A stretch of 54,759 nucleotides of DNA. Source: Eledone cirrhosa. Taxonomy: Eukaryota. This document shows positions 31,872-49,772 of the stretch, one piece after another. The notes below the pieces were generated by a model that had not been told where the DNA came from, did not search any database, and was given only the letters and a program-made list of their open reading frames with translations. Made by a program: the position numbers and the translations under genes. How positions within the stretch are numbered: the stretch's first letter is position 1; each line of letters begins with the position of its first letter. Location: positions 1-54,759 of the forward strand of contig CAXHJY010000067.1 in assembly GCA_964016885.1 (NCBI GenBank), in the 5' to 3' direction.

Positions 31872-33040
31872 TGGTCAGCGCATCATCGTTAATCGCCTGC
31901 TGTCTCTGTATATATATATATATATACGCCTGGTAATAACAGTGACCAAAACATCTCCCCCACCCGACCACCACGCCACCAACACCACCACTGACCACCT
32001 GCTGTTTGGCTGGCTGGCTGCATGTATAGTTCATAATAACACTGACCACTGTACAACGAGTCATCATTAGTGAAAAAAGATTAATAGATGCGTATATATG
32101 TGTATATATCTGTGTATATATATATGTGTGTATATATATGTGTGTATATATATGTGTGTGTGTGCATATATATACATATATGTATATATATATATGTATA
32201 TATATACATATATATGAAAATATATGTATACATGTATATGTATATATATATATGTATATGTATGTATATATATACATACATATGTATATATATACATATA
32301 TACATATATATATATATATATGTACACATATATATATATAAGTACATATCTATACATGTATAAATATCTATACATGTATAAATATATATATATATATATA
32401 TATACATGCACATATATACATATATATATATACATATATAAATATGGATATATATATATATATATACATATTTATACATCCATACACGCACACACACACA
32501 CATATATATACACACACATATATATATACACACACACACATATATACACACACACACATATATACACACAAACACAAACACACATATACACACACACAAA
32601 CGCACACACATATACACACACACACATACACACACACACACATATATACACACACACATATATATACACACACACACATATATACACACACAAACACACA
32701 TATATACACACACACACATATACACACACACACAACCACACACATATATACACACACACACATATATACACACACCCACACACATATATATGTAATGTCG
32801 TTGCTTAACAAGCCGATATTTATAATAACTGACCAAAAGAATTCTTTTATTGGTGACGGTAGATGGCGGTGAGGGTTGGGTGGGCGGGCAAGGCGGCCAA
32901 AATACGGCAAAGTCATGGGAGGGTTGGACGGAGTAATGGGAAAGGCTGGGTAATATGTTTTACAGCCACTATCTAACCTTGTTACAACCGCTTACATATA
33001 TAAGGGTTTCGTAAGCTGAACAGGCGAGTGTGTGTGTATG

Positions 33041-33101
<61 letters not shown>

Positions 33102-33116
33102 ATATATATATATATA

Positions 33117-33159
<43 letters not shown>

Positions 33160-33230
33160 ATATATATATATATATGTGTGTGTGTGTATATATATATATA
33201 TATGTGTGTGTGTGTATATATATATATATA

Positions 33231-33325
<95 letters not shown>

Positions 33326-33416
33326 GTGTGTGTATATATAGAGATGTGTGTATATATATGTGTGTGTGTGGACAATTTCGACGAAGTTGATATAATTTCA
33401 CACATAATAATATCTC

Positions 33417-33556
<140 letters not shown>

Positions 33557-34031
33557 CATATATATATATATATGTATATATAAATAATTATATATGTGTA
33601 TATACAGGTTCATACATACTTCTACATATATATGAGCAGACATATATGTATATATACATGAGGATATATACCTATATATATTTATATATATTTATATATA
33701 TATATACATATATATACATACATATATATACATATATATACGTATATATACACACACACATATATTTACATATACATATATACATATATATATGAGTATA
33801 TATATACGTACATACATGTTGTTTAGTCCTGTCACTGATGGAGTCAATATAATTATACGCCAAATATATGAGCGGGTGTATAGAAATTATGTTATATGAC
33901 ATATGCATGTATGTATAAACGTTTGTTTACATGCGTGTATACGTCTCTAACTACTATACACAAGGTGTATATACATATATACATGTGTGTTAACATTTAT
34001 TGGTCAATTAATGATTATATATATATAAGGG

Positions 34032-34067
<36 letters not shown>

Positions 34068-34178
34068 TATATATATATGTATATGGGTGTATATATATAT
34101 ATATATATACAGTGCAATATACATCCCTGGAGGCGTTTCTGTTCATTCTTATGATTCGAACTGTTCATGCGTATAATA

Positions 34179-34245
<67 letters not shown>

Positions 34246-34321
34246 TATATACCTACACAGGTGAACGATATATACACTCTCTCTGTGTATAATCAGTGAT
34301 ATACATACACATACACACACG

Positions 34322-34381
<60 letters not shown>

Positions 34382-34440
34382 CATATGTATATATACACAC
34401 ACACACATATATATATATATATACACACACATATATATAT

Positions 34441-34471
<31 letters not shown>

Positions 34472-34655
34472 CATACACACACACATATATATACACATAT
34501 ATATATATATATATACATACACACACACATATATATATACACACATATATATATATATATATACACGTAGGTATATAATTATTTTTCTTTGACATATATC
34601 TATTGAAATATAATAAGATTACACGCTATACAAACCTGTTAACATTTATACATAC

Positions 34656-34727
<72 letters not shown>

Positions 34728-34872
34728 TTATATATACATACATGTATATATGTATATATACACATGTGTATATGTATATATACACGTGTGTGTATGATAT
34801 TTACCAAGTGGCCAATCTATGACATTTATACATACGTGTATACATATATATATATGTACATAAATATATATG

Positions 34873-34967
<95 letters not shown>

Positions 34968-34970
34968 GCA

Positions 34971-35002
<32 letters not shown>

Positions 35003-35004
35003 CA

Positions 35005-35058
<54 letters not shown>

Positions 35059-35136
35059 CATACGTATATATATATATATGTATATATATACATATATATA
35101 TGTATATATACATATATGTATATATATATATATATG

Positions 35137-35172
<36 letters not shown>

Positions 35173-35174
35173 AC

Positions 35175-35251
<77 letters not shown>

Positions 35252-35450
35252 GTATATATATGTATATATATACTTACTATAACAGTCTCTGATATGAACG
35301 AAACTCGTTGTAGTTCGTTGATAACTTCTATGTAAACAAGAAAATATTTATTATTAATTATATATACACACACATATATATACATATGTGTATATATATA
35401 AATATATATGTATATATATATCTATATATATATATCTATGTATATATATA

Positions 35451-35483
<33 letters not shown>

Positions 35484-35707
35484 AATATTTATATATATAT
35501 ATATATATATAAATATGTATATATATATATATAAATATATATATAAATGTATGTATATATATATGTATATATATATGTGTATATATATATGTCGGTGAAT
35601 ATGTTATTGAGATATTGATTTCGTTGCTCTAAGCATAACGTTTAATATATGTAATCATTGCAGTATTTATACCCCCCCCCCCACATACACATACATATAT
35701 ATGTATG

Positions 35708-35742
<35 letters not shown>

Positions 35743-35771
35743 GTATATATATATATATATTATATGTGTGT

Positions 35772-35820
<49 letters not shown>

Positions 35821-35836
35821 TATATATATATAAATA

Positions 35837-35953
<117 letters not shown>

Positions 35954-35995
35954 GTATATATATATATATGTATGTATATATATATATATATAAAT

Positions 35996-36046
<51 letters not shown>

Positions 36047-36062
36047 TATATATATACATACA

Positions 36063-36130
<68 letters not shown>

Positions 36131-36133
36131 CAT

Positions 36134-36249
<116 letters not shown>

Positions 36250-36467
36250 TTTATCTACACACTGTCAACAATTACTCTGTTATTGACAGTGAATTAAGAC
36301 ACCATTTTCTATCCCAGTCGCCTGGACACCATTTTAGGGGGCGTCGCGTCTAATTTAGGTGATGGTGGCGGTGTTGGTATCGGTGTTGGTCGGTAAGGTG
36401 TTGTTGTTGTTGTTGGTGGTGGTGGTCGTGGTGTTGGTGGCGGTGATGGTGGCCGCATGCCTTCTAC

Positions 36468-36498
<31 letters not shown>

Positions 36499-36523
36499 GA
36501 CATACACACACACACACATATAC

Positions 36524-36577
<54 letters not shown>

Positions 36578-36590
36578 ATATATATATATA

Positions 36591-36660
36591 TAGGGCTTCC
36601 TGATGATTTCTCTCGAATGAAACAGGTGTAGTCCTGTAGAAAGTATTTCTATATTAAATA
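36591..36660 (+). ncRNA. Degenerate hammerhead motif in a PLE terminal fragment
   Basis: CTGATGA-tttctctcgaat-GAAACaggtGTA-gtcctgtaga; homologous to 4623-4680; stems weak. Confidence 0.45.
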
Positions 36661-36679
36661 TATATATATACATACACAC

Positions 36680-36744
<65 letters not shown>

Positions 36745-36761
36745 AACACATAGATACACAT

Positions 36762-36810
<49 letters not shown>

Positions 36811-36935
36811 TATACACACACACACACACACATATATATATGTATATATGTATATTTACATATAGGCAAAATGATTAATGAAAGAGTTACACGCCATTAA
36901 AAAGCTCTGACATATGTTTCTTCGAATGTAGATAT

Positions 36936-37280
<345 letters not shown>

Positions 37281-37283
<3 letters not shown>

Positions 37284-37539
37284 CTCAACCACAGTGACAC
37301 AGAGGAGACTGAGGTTAGCTGGACATGCTCACCGACATCCAGAGTTGACATTGCACTCAGTGTTCCTTTGGGAGCCCCTACATGGACACACTAGAAGAGG
37401 AAGACCAAGGTTAACGTATGTTGATGCCCTAGGGACAGACACTGGTCTGTTGGAGACGCAGGACATGGCAGCGATAATGAGGGACAGAGACCGCTGGAGA
37501 GAACTCGTCCATGGATCTCGGGAATTTTACCCACCTTAG
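37281..37539 (+). mobile_element. 3' segment of the same RTE-like LINE
   Basis: [46 protein letters not shown]...[18 protein letters not shown]; paralogue of 3368-3619. Confidence 0.88.
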
Positions 37540-37620
37540 AAAAAATAGAATATATATATATATATATATATATATTGATATATATATATATATATACATT
37601 AATATATATATACATATATA

Positions 37621-37672
<52 letters not shown>

Positions 37673-38032
37673 TACATATATATCAAAACAACACAGCCTG
37701 ATTACGTCTCATTTGTTCTGAAGAAAGATTATCCCTCAAACATCTTTGTCCGTCGTAAATAATCTAATCGCAATAGTTTATTTCTGTTGTTGTTCTTATT
37801 GTTTGTTTTCTACACTTCTTCTTAATGATAATTGGGTTAATTACAAGCCTCATTGTAGCTGCTGTTGTTGTTGTTGTTATTGTTGTAGCTGTTGTTGTCT
37901 TTGTTTTGGTAGTATTGAAGCGAAGGTCAACTGTAATATCGTAGATTTCATGTCGCGAAGGAATTTTTGTATTAAAAAAAAATCAATTGATGAAGATTGT
38001 TGTGTTATGGGGGGGGGGGGGGGGATTGCTCG

Positions 38033-38033
<1 letters not shown>

Positions 38034-38063
<30 letters not shown>

Positions 38064-38672
38064 ACTATTGTTGTATTTGTAGTTGCTGTTGTTGTTGTGG
38101 TGTGGAAAGTGTTGTTGTTGTTGTTGTTGTTGTTGTTACTATTGTTGTATTTGTAGTTGCTGTTGTTGTTGTGGTGTGGAAATTGTTGTTGTTCTTGTTG
38201 TGGTGGTTGTTGTTACTATTGTTGTATTTGTAGTTGCTGTTGTTGTTGTGGTGTGGAAAGTGTTGTTGTTGTTGTTGTTGTTGTTGTTACTATTGTTGTA
38301 TTTGTAGTTGCTGTTGTTGTTGTGGTGTGGAAAGTGTTGTTGTTCTTGTTGTGGTGGTTGTTGTTACTATTGTTGTATTTGTAGTTGCTGTTGTTGTTGT
38401 GGTGTGGAAATTGTTGTTGTTCTTGTTGTGGTGGTTGTTGTTACTATTGTTGTATTTGTAGTTGCTGTTGTTGTTGTGGTGTGGAAAGTGTTGTTGTTCT
38501 TGTTGTGGTGGTTGTTGTTACTATTGTTGTATTTGTAGTTGCTGTTGTTGTTGTGGTGTGGAAAGTGTTGTTGTTCTTGTTGTGGTGGTTGTTGTTACTA
38601 TTGTTGTATTTGTAGTTGCTGTTGTTGTTGTGGTGTGGAAAGTGTTGTTGTTCTTGTTGTGGTGGTTGTTGT
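38034..38672. repeat. 74-77-bp minisatellite built from (GTT)n, about 8 copies
   Basis: Recurring gttactattgttgtatttgtagttgctgttgttgttgtggtgtggaaa; ORF starts at 38308, 38385 and 38462 show period 77. Confidence 0.92.
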
Positions 38673-38804
38673 TTAGCCCAAGGTCAAAGTTGATCGAGAG
38701 GATATTTTTTGCGGTTCAACATTCGTGTGTCAAATTGATTCAATATATTTACTCGTTGATCTTGGTGTTGTTGTTGCTATTGTTGCTGTTTTTGTAGGTG
38801 TTGT

Positions 38805-39443
38805 TGTAGTAGTAGTAGTATAGTAGTGGTAGTAGCAGCAGTAGTAGTAGCAGCTGCAGTAGTAGTAGTAGCTGTAGCAGTAGTAATAGTAGTAGTAGCA
38901 GTAGGAGTAGTGGTGGTAGTAGCAGCTGCAGTAGTAGTAGTAGCAGTAGCAGTAGTAATAGTAGTAGTAGCAGTAGTAGTAGTGGTAGTAGCAGCAGTAG
39001 TAGTAGTAGTAGCAGCAGTAGTAGTAGTAGTAGTAGTAGCAGTAGTGGTAGTAGTAGCAGCTGCAGTAGTAGTAGTAGCTGTAGCAGTAGTAATAGTAGT
39101 AGTAGCAGTAGGAGTAGTGGTGGTAGTAGCAGCAGTAGTAGTAGTAGTAGCAGCAGCAGCAGTAGTAGCAGTAGTGGTAGTAGTAGCAGCAATAGTAGTA
39201 GTGGTAGTATCAGCAGTAGTAGTAGCAGAGCAGCAGTAGTAGCAGTAGTAGTAGTAGTAGTAGCAGCAGCAGTAGTAGCAGTAGTGGTAGTAGTAGCAGC
39301 AGTAGTAGTAGTAGTAGCAGCAGCAGCAGTAGTAGCAGTAGTGGTAGTAGTAGCAGCAGCAATAGTAGTAGTGGTAGTATCAGCAGTAGTAGTAGCAGCA
39401 GCAGCAGTAGTAGTAGTAGTAGAAGTAGTAGTAGTAGTAGTAG
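38805..39443. repeat. (GTA/GCA)n compound tract
   Basis: Direct inspection; contains internal block duplications. Confidence 0.92.
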
Positions 39444-39657
39444 CTAGTATCTTGGTATTTATTGTCCAGTTAGTTGAGCCAGAGATCAAATTTGATCCAG
39501 TATGTATGTCTAGTTCAGCAAGGCTGTATCAAAACCATTTAAAAAGAGCCGAGATTTGAACACACGACCTTAAGATTCTTAGCCAAACATTTGACTGACC
39601 AAACCATTATATATATATATATATGTGTGTGCGTATATATATATATACACATATATA

Positions 39658-39722
<65 letters not shown>

Positions 39723-39800
39723 ATAAATATATATGTATATGTATAAATGTGTGTGTGTGTATAAATACATACATATATATATATACATACATACATATAT

Positions 39801-39853
<53 letters not shown>

Positions 39854-40056
39854 CAAATATATAAATATATATATACATACATATATATACACATATACAT
39901 ACATATATATATATATATATGCATATATATGTAAATATATACATACATACATAAATACATTTTTATACATACATATCTATATATACATATATCTATATTT
40001 ATCTATCTGTCTATCTCTCTCTCTCTATATATATATATACATAAATACATCTCTAT

Positions 40057-40088
<32 letters not shown>

Positions 40089-40090
40089 CT

Positions 40091-40122
<32 letters not shown>

Positions 40123-40155
40123 CTATATATATATCTATACACACACACACACATA

Positions 40156-40187
<32 letters not shown>

Positions 40188-40352
40188 AACACATATATAT
40201 ATATATACACACTCGGCCATAAACAGGCCAATTACCCAGTGCTCATATGTAATTATAAGGTGTAGTTATAGAGAAGAATCTAAGACATTGTTTATTACCG
40301 GCCATTTTGAATACTAACAACACTCACACCATCACACACACACACACACAGG

Positions 40353-40444
<92 letters not shown>

Positions 40445-40491
40445 CACACACACACACACATATCTATATATGTTTGGGTGTATATGTGTTC

Positions 40492-40552
<61 letters not shown>

Positions 40553-40907
40553 CATATATATACATATATATATAAATATTTATATATATATATATATATA
40601 TAAATATATATATAATTGGCGGCTTATATATATATGTATATATATATATTCATACATACACACAAGCATTTCTATATATATATATATAAGTATACACGTA
40701 TGTAAAAAGATGTATATATCTGTATGTATATATATATATATATATATACACACAGACACACACATATATATATATATATATATACATATATCTATATGCA
40801 TACATATACACACATATGTATATGTATACACTCTCACACACACATATATGTATGTATATATATATGCATACATACATACATACATATATTTACACACATA
40901 TTTATAA

Positions 40908-40963
<56 letters not shown>

Positions 40964-41134
40964 CATATGTATAGTTATTAAGCCTTCTTAGGGATCTTAC
41001 ACAGACAGACAAACAGACAGACAGACAGAGAGACAGACAGACAGACATTTAGCTGATTCGATTAACCGACCAGGAATTGGATAGGAATCGATTTATTAAA
41101 CTCAGTTATCCGACAAATCCGTTTTTCCCAACAT

Positions 41135-41822
41135 ACTGGCCGTAAGGTTAAGGCACGGATAAAATACGTTTTCGCTTCGCTATTATTAAGATCGCGAGTT
41201 CGTGTCCCACCTAATGGCTGGTTCCTTGGATAAATGACACGCTTCGGTGGTGAATCGGCCGTATCGGTAGAGGGTTGGACGCCATACTTTCTAGCATAGT
41301 TAAGTCCCTTTACAGTGTGAGTTCAAATCCCGTCGAGGTTAACTTTGCCATTCATCCTTACGGGGGTCGATGAAATAAAGTACCAGTAATGTACTGGGGT
41401 AATTGCTGGCCTTGTGCCAAAAGTAGAAACAATTATTAAGATCGCGAGTTCGTGTCCCAGTACATGGCTGGCTTCTTGTGTAAATAACATGCCTCGCTAT
41501 TATTAAGATCGCGTGGTCGTGTCCCACCTAATGGCTGGCTGCTTGGGTAAATGACATTTACCACAGATTTTCATGGGCTGACTGGCCCCATGGTTTCGTC
41601 TTGTGATAGAAATATGGTAGACGGAGACTGTTTGGAAGCCCAAACCCGAAGCCAGTCGGATATAATGATTAAGTCTTTAAAATTTGGTAGACAGAGGGTG
41701 TTTGGAAGCCTAAAACCGAAGCCAATGATTAATTCGACGGAAATTTGGCAGGCGGAGACTGTTTAGAAGCCTAGAAGCCTAGAAGCCTAGAAGTCGGATA
41801 TATTGATTAAGTCTTTAAATTT
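41135..41822 (+). mobile_element. Degenerate second SINE family with a triplicated 67-bp segment and a repeated 3' block
   Basis: tggccgtaaggttaag (A-box-like), gagttcgtgtccc (B-box-like), cttgggtaa, tggtagacggagactg...gaagcc; units at 41174, 41241/41432 and 41491; 3' block repeated about 3 times in 41610-41822. Confidence 0.55.
41246..41431 (+). mobile_element. Full-length tRNA-derived SINE, nested
   Basis: ggtggtgaatcggccgtatcggtagaggg...gagttcaaatcc...ggccttgtgccaaaagtagaaaca; same family as 4437-4622. Confidence 0.92.
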
Positions 41823-42246
41823 ATATTTATAGAGTCAGACCTGTGGCGAATTATGGCACACTGAATCTCCCTGAGAACTGTGTTAAGAGAACACGCGTGT
41901 GTATATTTATATCTATACACACATAAATATATATATATACGTGTGTATGTATGTGTGTGTGTGTGAGTTCAGTGTAACAAGGCATTAACGTAGTTACATA
42001 AAGGAAGAAGCACTGCATAAGGAGTAGCGGTAAGAGCAATGCATATAAAGGAGGGAGGTGCTGGGGGTGGCGGGGTGGCGGCGGTGATGACGGGTATCGA
42101 TGGAGGAGTGGGGTGGAAGATGATTGGCAAAATCTAATAATTGTTCAATCAAGTGTTAGCTTAATTGACCTAATTAAAGAATGATTTAAGGGTATACGGA
42201 TTATCCGACTTATGGCGGCCAAGTGGCCTGAGGCGCTGAGTATATA

Positions 42247-42291
<45 letters not shown>

Positions 42292-42538
42292 GTATATATA
42301 AATATATGTTTATATATATATATATATATATGTTTATATATATATATAAAATTATATATGTATATATATATATATATAAATATATATATGTAAATATATA
42401 TACATATATATATATATATATAAATATATATATGTATATATATATATATATATATAAATATACATATATATATGTATATATAAATATATGTTTATATATA
42501 TATATACATATATATGTGTATATACACATATATATGTA

Positions 42539-42571
<33 letters not shown>

Positions 42572-42617
42572 GTGTGTGTATGTATGCATATATATATGTA
42601 TATATATATACATATAG

Positions 42618-42678
<61 letters not shown>

Positions 42679-42822
42679 TGTATATGTATATAAGTATGTA
42701 TATATATGTATATAACTATCTATGTGTGTATATATATACACATATGTATGTATATGTATGTATATATATATATATATGTTTGTGTTGGTGTTTGGCTGTG
42801 GTCAGTTGTTGTGGTCGTCTGA

Positions 42823-42871
<49 letters not shown>

Positions 42872-42881
42872 CATACATACA

Positions 42882-42917
<36 letters not shown>

Positions 42918-42958
42918 TAAATTTACATATATACCTAACCCATAAATTCACATACACG

Positions 42959-43064
<106 letters not shown>

Positions 43065-43187
43065 AATATATATACATTGAGTCATACATACGTGTATAAA
43101 GAGGACGTTACTGCATAGAAAACAAGAGATTAACGGATTAACTTGAGATAGAAATTACCGAAATGAGATTTAGATAATCCGGTATAG

Positions 43188-43417
<230 letters not shown>

Positions 43418-43487
43418 ATGTATACATTACGTATATATATATGTATACATATATACATATATAAATATATATATATATATATACTTA

Positions 43488-43539
<52 letters not shown>

Positions 43540-43653
43540 TATATGTATATGTATATATATATATACAGGAGAGTTTCAGGATCCCGACGGCTGAGCTCCG
43601 GCCGTTTCGACACCTTTATCCAAACATTTCGGATATATATACATGTATATATA

Positions 43654-43775
<122 letters not shown>

Positions 43776-43902
43776 TATACATACGTATAAATTTATATAT
43801 ATCAAGAGTGATTGTTGTATAGTATACAGCGGTATACATATATGTGTGTATATTTTATCTATGCATATATATACTCTGCCCGTCTCTGTCTACTTATTTA
43901 TA

Positions 43903-43960
<58 letters not shown>

Positions 43961-44041
43961 TTTCCGAACCTGTTTGTTGTTTCCATGATATATATATGTA
44001 TATATATATATATTTATATATATATATATATATACATACAC

Positions 44042-44233
<192 letters not shown>

Positions 44234-44568
44234 GTATATATATACATATATATACATATATATACACATGCACATACTCAGCTCTGCTGTAATGTCGAGT
44301 TGTGAGCGAAATGCGTCTAAATGTGAAGAATTCAAGATGGCCGCGTTACCTTGCCTGACATGGCACGACACGGACTTAAACAACATCACACTGAGATCAC
44401 ACGAGATCACACGCCATCACATGACAAGTGCTTGACACCCACGTGACATTGGTTGACACAAGCTCGACATTTTGGACAAATGTGAAAGATATTGATTTTT
44501 TTTTCTTTCTTTTCTGAAAACTGGAAATGAAAAGAGAGTGTATATATATATGTGTATATATATATATG

Positions 44569-44645
<77 letters not shown>

Positions 44646-44841
44646 TTATATATATATACGTTTGTGTATGTGTGTACATGTGTATATATATATATATGTG
44701 CATATCCACGTACATACACATATAAATATATGCATCTGTCTCGCTCTCTTTATATATATATACATATATATGTATATATACATTCATATATAAATATATA
44801 TATATATGTACACACGTATATATATATATATATTTAACGAC

Positions 44842-44906
<65 letters not shown>

Positions 44907-44928
44907 ACGACAAGTATATAAATATATA

Positions 44929-44980
<52 letters not shown>

Positions 44981-45006
44981 AGTATATATATATATCTATA
45001 CTTTTC

Positions 45007-45045
<39 letters not shown>

Positions 45046-45295
45046 ATGACAAGTACAGATTTGACAAAATCAATCAAAGGTGTGTATATATGTATCTATG
45101 TGTGTACGTGTGTATGTTTATATACTTATATATGTTTGTATTGTATGTTAAGGTTTTATAATTTTATAAATGTTTACCTATGTATGTATATATGTATGTA
45201 TATATGTTTATATACATACATGTATATATGTATGTATAAACGTATGCATAAATGTATGTATATATTTATATACGCATATATGTATGTATGGATGG

Positions 45296-45420
45296 CAGCA
45301 GTGATGGCTGTGTGGTTGATTTACAAGTTGACATAGCAATCTCGCGGTAGCTGTTTCAATTAGTTTCCTTGGGCAAGTTTCTTCTCTTCTCCATTACTTC
45401 AGGTTGAATTAGATTCTTGA
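45296..45420 (+). mobile_element. Highly decayed SINE fragment
   Basis: tggctgtgtggtt (A-box-like) and ccttgggcaagt (CORE-like motif); little else recognisable. Confidence 0.35.
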
Positions 45421-45448
45421 ATATACCTGGAAACACCTGCAATAAAAA

Positions 45449-45960
45449 ACAAAAATAATTAATATTACAATAGATTCATGTCGAATGTTGTTTGATTGCT
45501 GAAGCGACAGACATAAAAGAACTCAAACCTAAACTAAATAGATGGGCGGAATAGGAACAACATCATAACTTGTAATTAAGGAAATGACTAAGACATACAG
45601 AGGTACAGGAGAAGAACCAAAGTAATAAAACAAACCAGGGAGACACAGACAGAAGCGCCAGAACAGACAGAACAGAGAGAAGAAGCAATCAACTAGTGAC
45701 AAGTAAATAAACGTACAAATAAACACACACACATACACACAATCCAGATACAACGCATGTTCAACACAAGTACACATCAAACAGCTAACAAAAACTAGGT
45801 GGCTTAGAACAGAATAAAGGAGACACACAAAACAAGATATTAGTCACAGAAGAGGTCACATAATGTGTGACGAAAGACGTTCGAAAATAAACAAATAAAC
45901 AACTAGCTTACTATTAAACTAACTGGAATTGCAGTGGTTTCTTCGAACAATTATTATTTA
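45449..45960 (+). mobile_element. Penelope-like element 3' remnant: GIY-YIG C-terminus, 3' region and decayed hammerhead
   Basis: TKIINITID (frameshift) LIAEATDIKELKPKLNRWAE* fits the PLE endonuclease end L.I.EA..I...KP.LN; cAGAAGA-g-gtcaca-taatg-tgtgac-GAAA at 45847-45875 followed by AATAAA. Confidence 0.6.
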
Positions 45961-46170
45961 GGTAAAACCCTGCAAATGTCGGGAGTACACTTATATATAG
46001 CAAGGAATCTTGGTATCTTTTTAAGTTTAACTAGTTAAATAGGTTTTATACTACAACTGCTCCACAGACCAACTTTCATTTCATATACACCCGTAATATA
46101 CAGACATATTCATATATATATACATATATTTATAAATGTATAAATCTATATATGAATTTATGTGCATATA

Positions 46171-46201
<31 letters not shown>

Positions 46202-46711
46202 CCTATATTTGTATATATAAAAATATATATATATGCATATATATACATATATATATGTATATATATATATACATATATATGTGTACATATATATATACAT
46301 ATATATGTGTACATATATATATATATATTCATATATATGTGTACATATATATATATATATACATACATATATATGTGTACATATATATATATATACATAT
46401 ATATGTGTACATATATATATATATATACATATAATATATATATTTGTATATATATATATTTGTTTATAAAACTATATAATATTATATGTATATATATATA
46501 TATATATGTACCTATATTTATATGCACAAATACATATATATATATATCTTATATATATGATTAATATATTAAATTCTGTCTCGACTTCCCGTAAAATAAT
46601 CTATATATTCTAATTTGATAATAATGTTTATTTTGATTACAAAGGGTAATGTGTTTGTAACATGTTTTAGGCATCACGCTTCAATACATACACATGCGTA
46701 TATACATATAT

Positions 46712-46766
<55 letters not shown>

Positions 46767-46990
46767 TTTATATATATATATATATATATATAAATATTTA
46801 TATATATATATATATAAATATTTATATATATATAATTATAAATATTTATATATAAATATATATAAATATTTATATATATATATATGTATATATATTTATA
46901 TATATATATATTTATATATATATATATTTAGATATATATATTTATATATATATATATTTTTATATATATATATATGTATATATATGTATG

Positions 46991-47023
<33 letters not shown>

Positions 47024-47029
47024 ATGTAC

Positions 47030-47099
<70 letters not shown>

Positions 47100-47277
47100 T
47101 GTGCATATATATATATGGAAACACATAATTCGGATAACTATGTTTAAATAGTAGCAACAACAACAAGGAACAATAGTGGAACAAAATTTACTAATGAGGT
47201 ATAGAGATTCTGTATGTGTAATTTAATAATACATATACACACATATATACATACATATTTAAATATGTATATATTGC

Positions 47278-47338
<61 letters not shown>

Positions 47339-47419
47339 GTAGAAATATGTAAATATTGGTATATAAATATATATGAAAATATATATATATGTATGTATGT
47401 ATATATATATATATATATG

Positions 47420-47486
<67 letters not shown>

Positions 47487-47600
47487 GCACGCGCGCGTGT
47501 GTCTGAGTATATGTGTAAATATTCAAATATTTAAGCATATATATAAAAGTTAATATTCATTTCTATATAAATATATATATATATATACATCAATATATTA

Positions 47601-47632
<32 letters not shown>

Positions 47633-47803
47633 CCACACACACATATATATAAATATACACACACATTGTATATATATTTATACGTATTTCCGGTGACTTC
47701 CTTACTAATGTGTTTCTAACACGTTTTGCCGGGATAAATACATAAAAATTCAAATGTAAAAGGACTAGCTTTATGTCTGGTTCTGGTTTGAAGATGCTGA
47801 AGG

Positions 47804-47857
<54 letters not shown>

Positions 47858-47927
47858 GTATTATATATATATCAATGTTTGCATGATACGTTTGGGTACA
47901 TCCCTGATCGATGCAAACCTCATCTGC

Positions 47928-47962
<35 letters not shown>

Positions 47963-47966
<4 letters not shown>

Positions 47967-48058
47967 CTTATTATATATATATATATATACATAATATATA
48001 TATATATATAGCCTCACCCCCACACACATATATATATATACTATATTCATATACATAC

Positions 48059-48129
<71 letters not shown>

Positions 48130-48187
48130 CATACTTATTATATATATATATATATACATAATATATATATATATATAGCCTCACCCC

Positions 48188-48227
<40 letters not shown>

Positions 48228-48319
48228 TATACATACATTTATATATATATATATATATATATATACATACTTATTATATATATATATACATAATATATAT
48301 ATATATATAGCCTCACCCC

Positions 48320-48357
<38 letters not shown>

Positions 48358-48384
48358 TATACATACATTTATATATATACATAT

Positions 48385-48438
<54 letters not shown>

Positions 48439-48476
48439 TATACATACATTTATATATATACATATATCATATATAT

Positions 48477-48514
<38 letters not shown>

Positions 48515-48528
48515 ATTCATATACATAC

Positions 48529-48540
<12 letters not shown>
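47963..48540. repeat. Compound minisatellite with variable (TA)n spacers
   Basis: catacttatta..cataata..gcctcacccccacac..attcatatacatacattt occurs three times, plus two partial units. Confidence 0.8.
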
Positions 48541-48589
<49 letters not shown>

Positions 48590-48693
48590 AGGAAAAGTTA
48601 CATCTTATGCAGTGTGGTATGTATTTGAAACACCGTAAAAATGCCTTTATATGTACATATACACACACACAAATATATATATACATATATATG

Positions 48694-48737
<44 letters not shown>

Positions 48738-48930
48738 CGTGTGTATGCGTTATTTAGTAAATTATGTTGACTTTGGTACCATACGGTTCACAAGTTCATG
48801 TCCCTTGCCCACCCATTTTGTACAAATGGCGGCTACGAGATGTTTATCCTGCACTAATGCCTTCTGATTTATATCAAGAAACACCATGATGTATCTCTGT
48901 ATCTCTTCTTTGTGATCCTGTCTCTTTAGT

Positions 48931-49045
48931 AGTACCCCTGAAGAAGGACTAAAGATGGAAACATCGAATTTTCTTTCCCTTTCTCCCTTTATCTATATAA
49001 AGCGTGAAACTAGTAAGAATCTTTGTACTGCTGCTTGTTGCTTCT
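48931..49045 (+). mobile_element. Decayed PLE terminal fragment (family D)
   Basis: CTGAAGAagg...GAAACatcg followed by agcgtgaaactagtaa...tgtactgc, matching the minus-strand copy at 53628-53717. Confidence 0.5.
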
Positions 49046-49110
49046 TTGAACTGTATATATATATTATATCAAAAATGCAAGGAAATAATAGAAAAATAAT
49101 AGAAAAGTAT

Positions 49111-49190
<80 letters not shown>

Positions 49191-49463
49191 CGTGTGTGTA
49201 TATGTGTGTGTGTGAGAATAGTTGGAAGTGTGAAGAAATTTAGTGGAAGGAATAGGTCTCTAGATTTTGCCTTAAATGTTCAATGGTCAGTTAAATTGTT
49301 CTTATATATATATATAAGATTACATATATATATATATGTATGTATATAAATGTATATATAAATAGGTTTATGCGTATATACACAAGATCATTTAGCATGG
49401 ACCATTGAGATTCGTGTCTCTGATTCTGTTATAATGATCTGTAGAATTGTTCTCTTTAGAAGG

Positions 49464-49576
<113 letters not shown>

Positions 49577-49728
49577 ATGTGTGGTTGCGTATCTATGGGT
49601 ATATATATCAATCTTAGATGGTATAAGATCACTGGAAAAACTACTATATACATACATAAGTACATATATAAATATCTACATACATACATATATATATATA
49701 TATATCTATATATATCTACACACACACA

Positions 49729-49772
<44 letters not shown>

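Noticed and set aside
37718-37750. CTGAAGA followed by an aagat/atctt stem
   Set aside because: No GAAA box follows.
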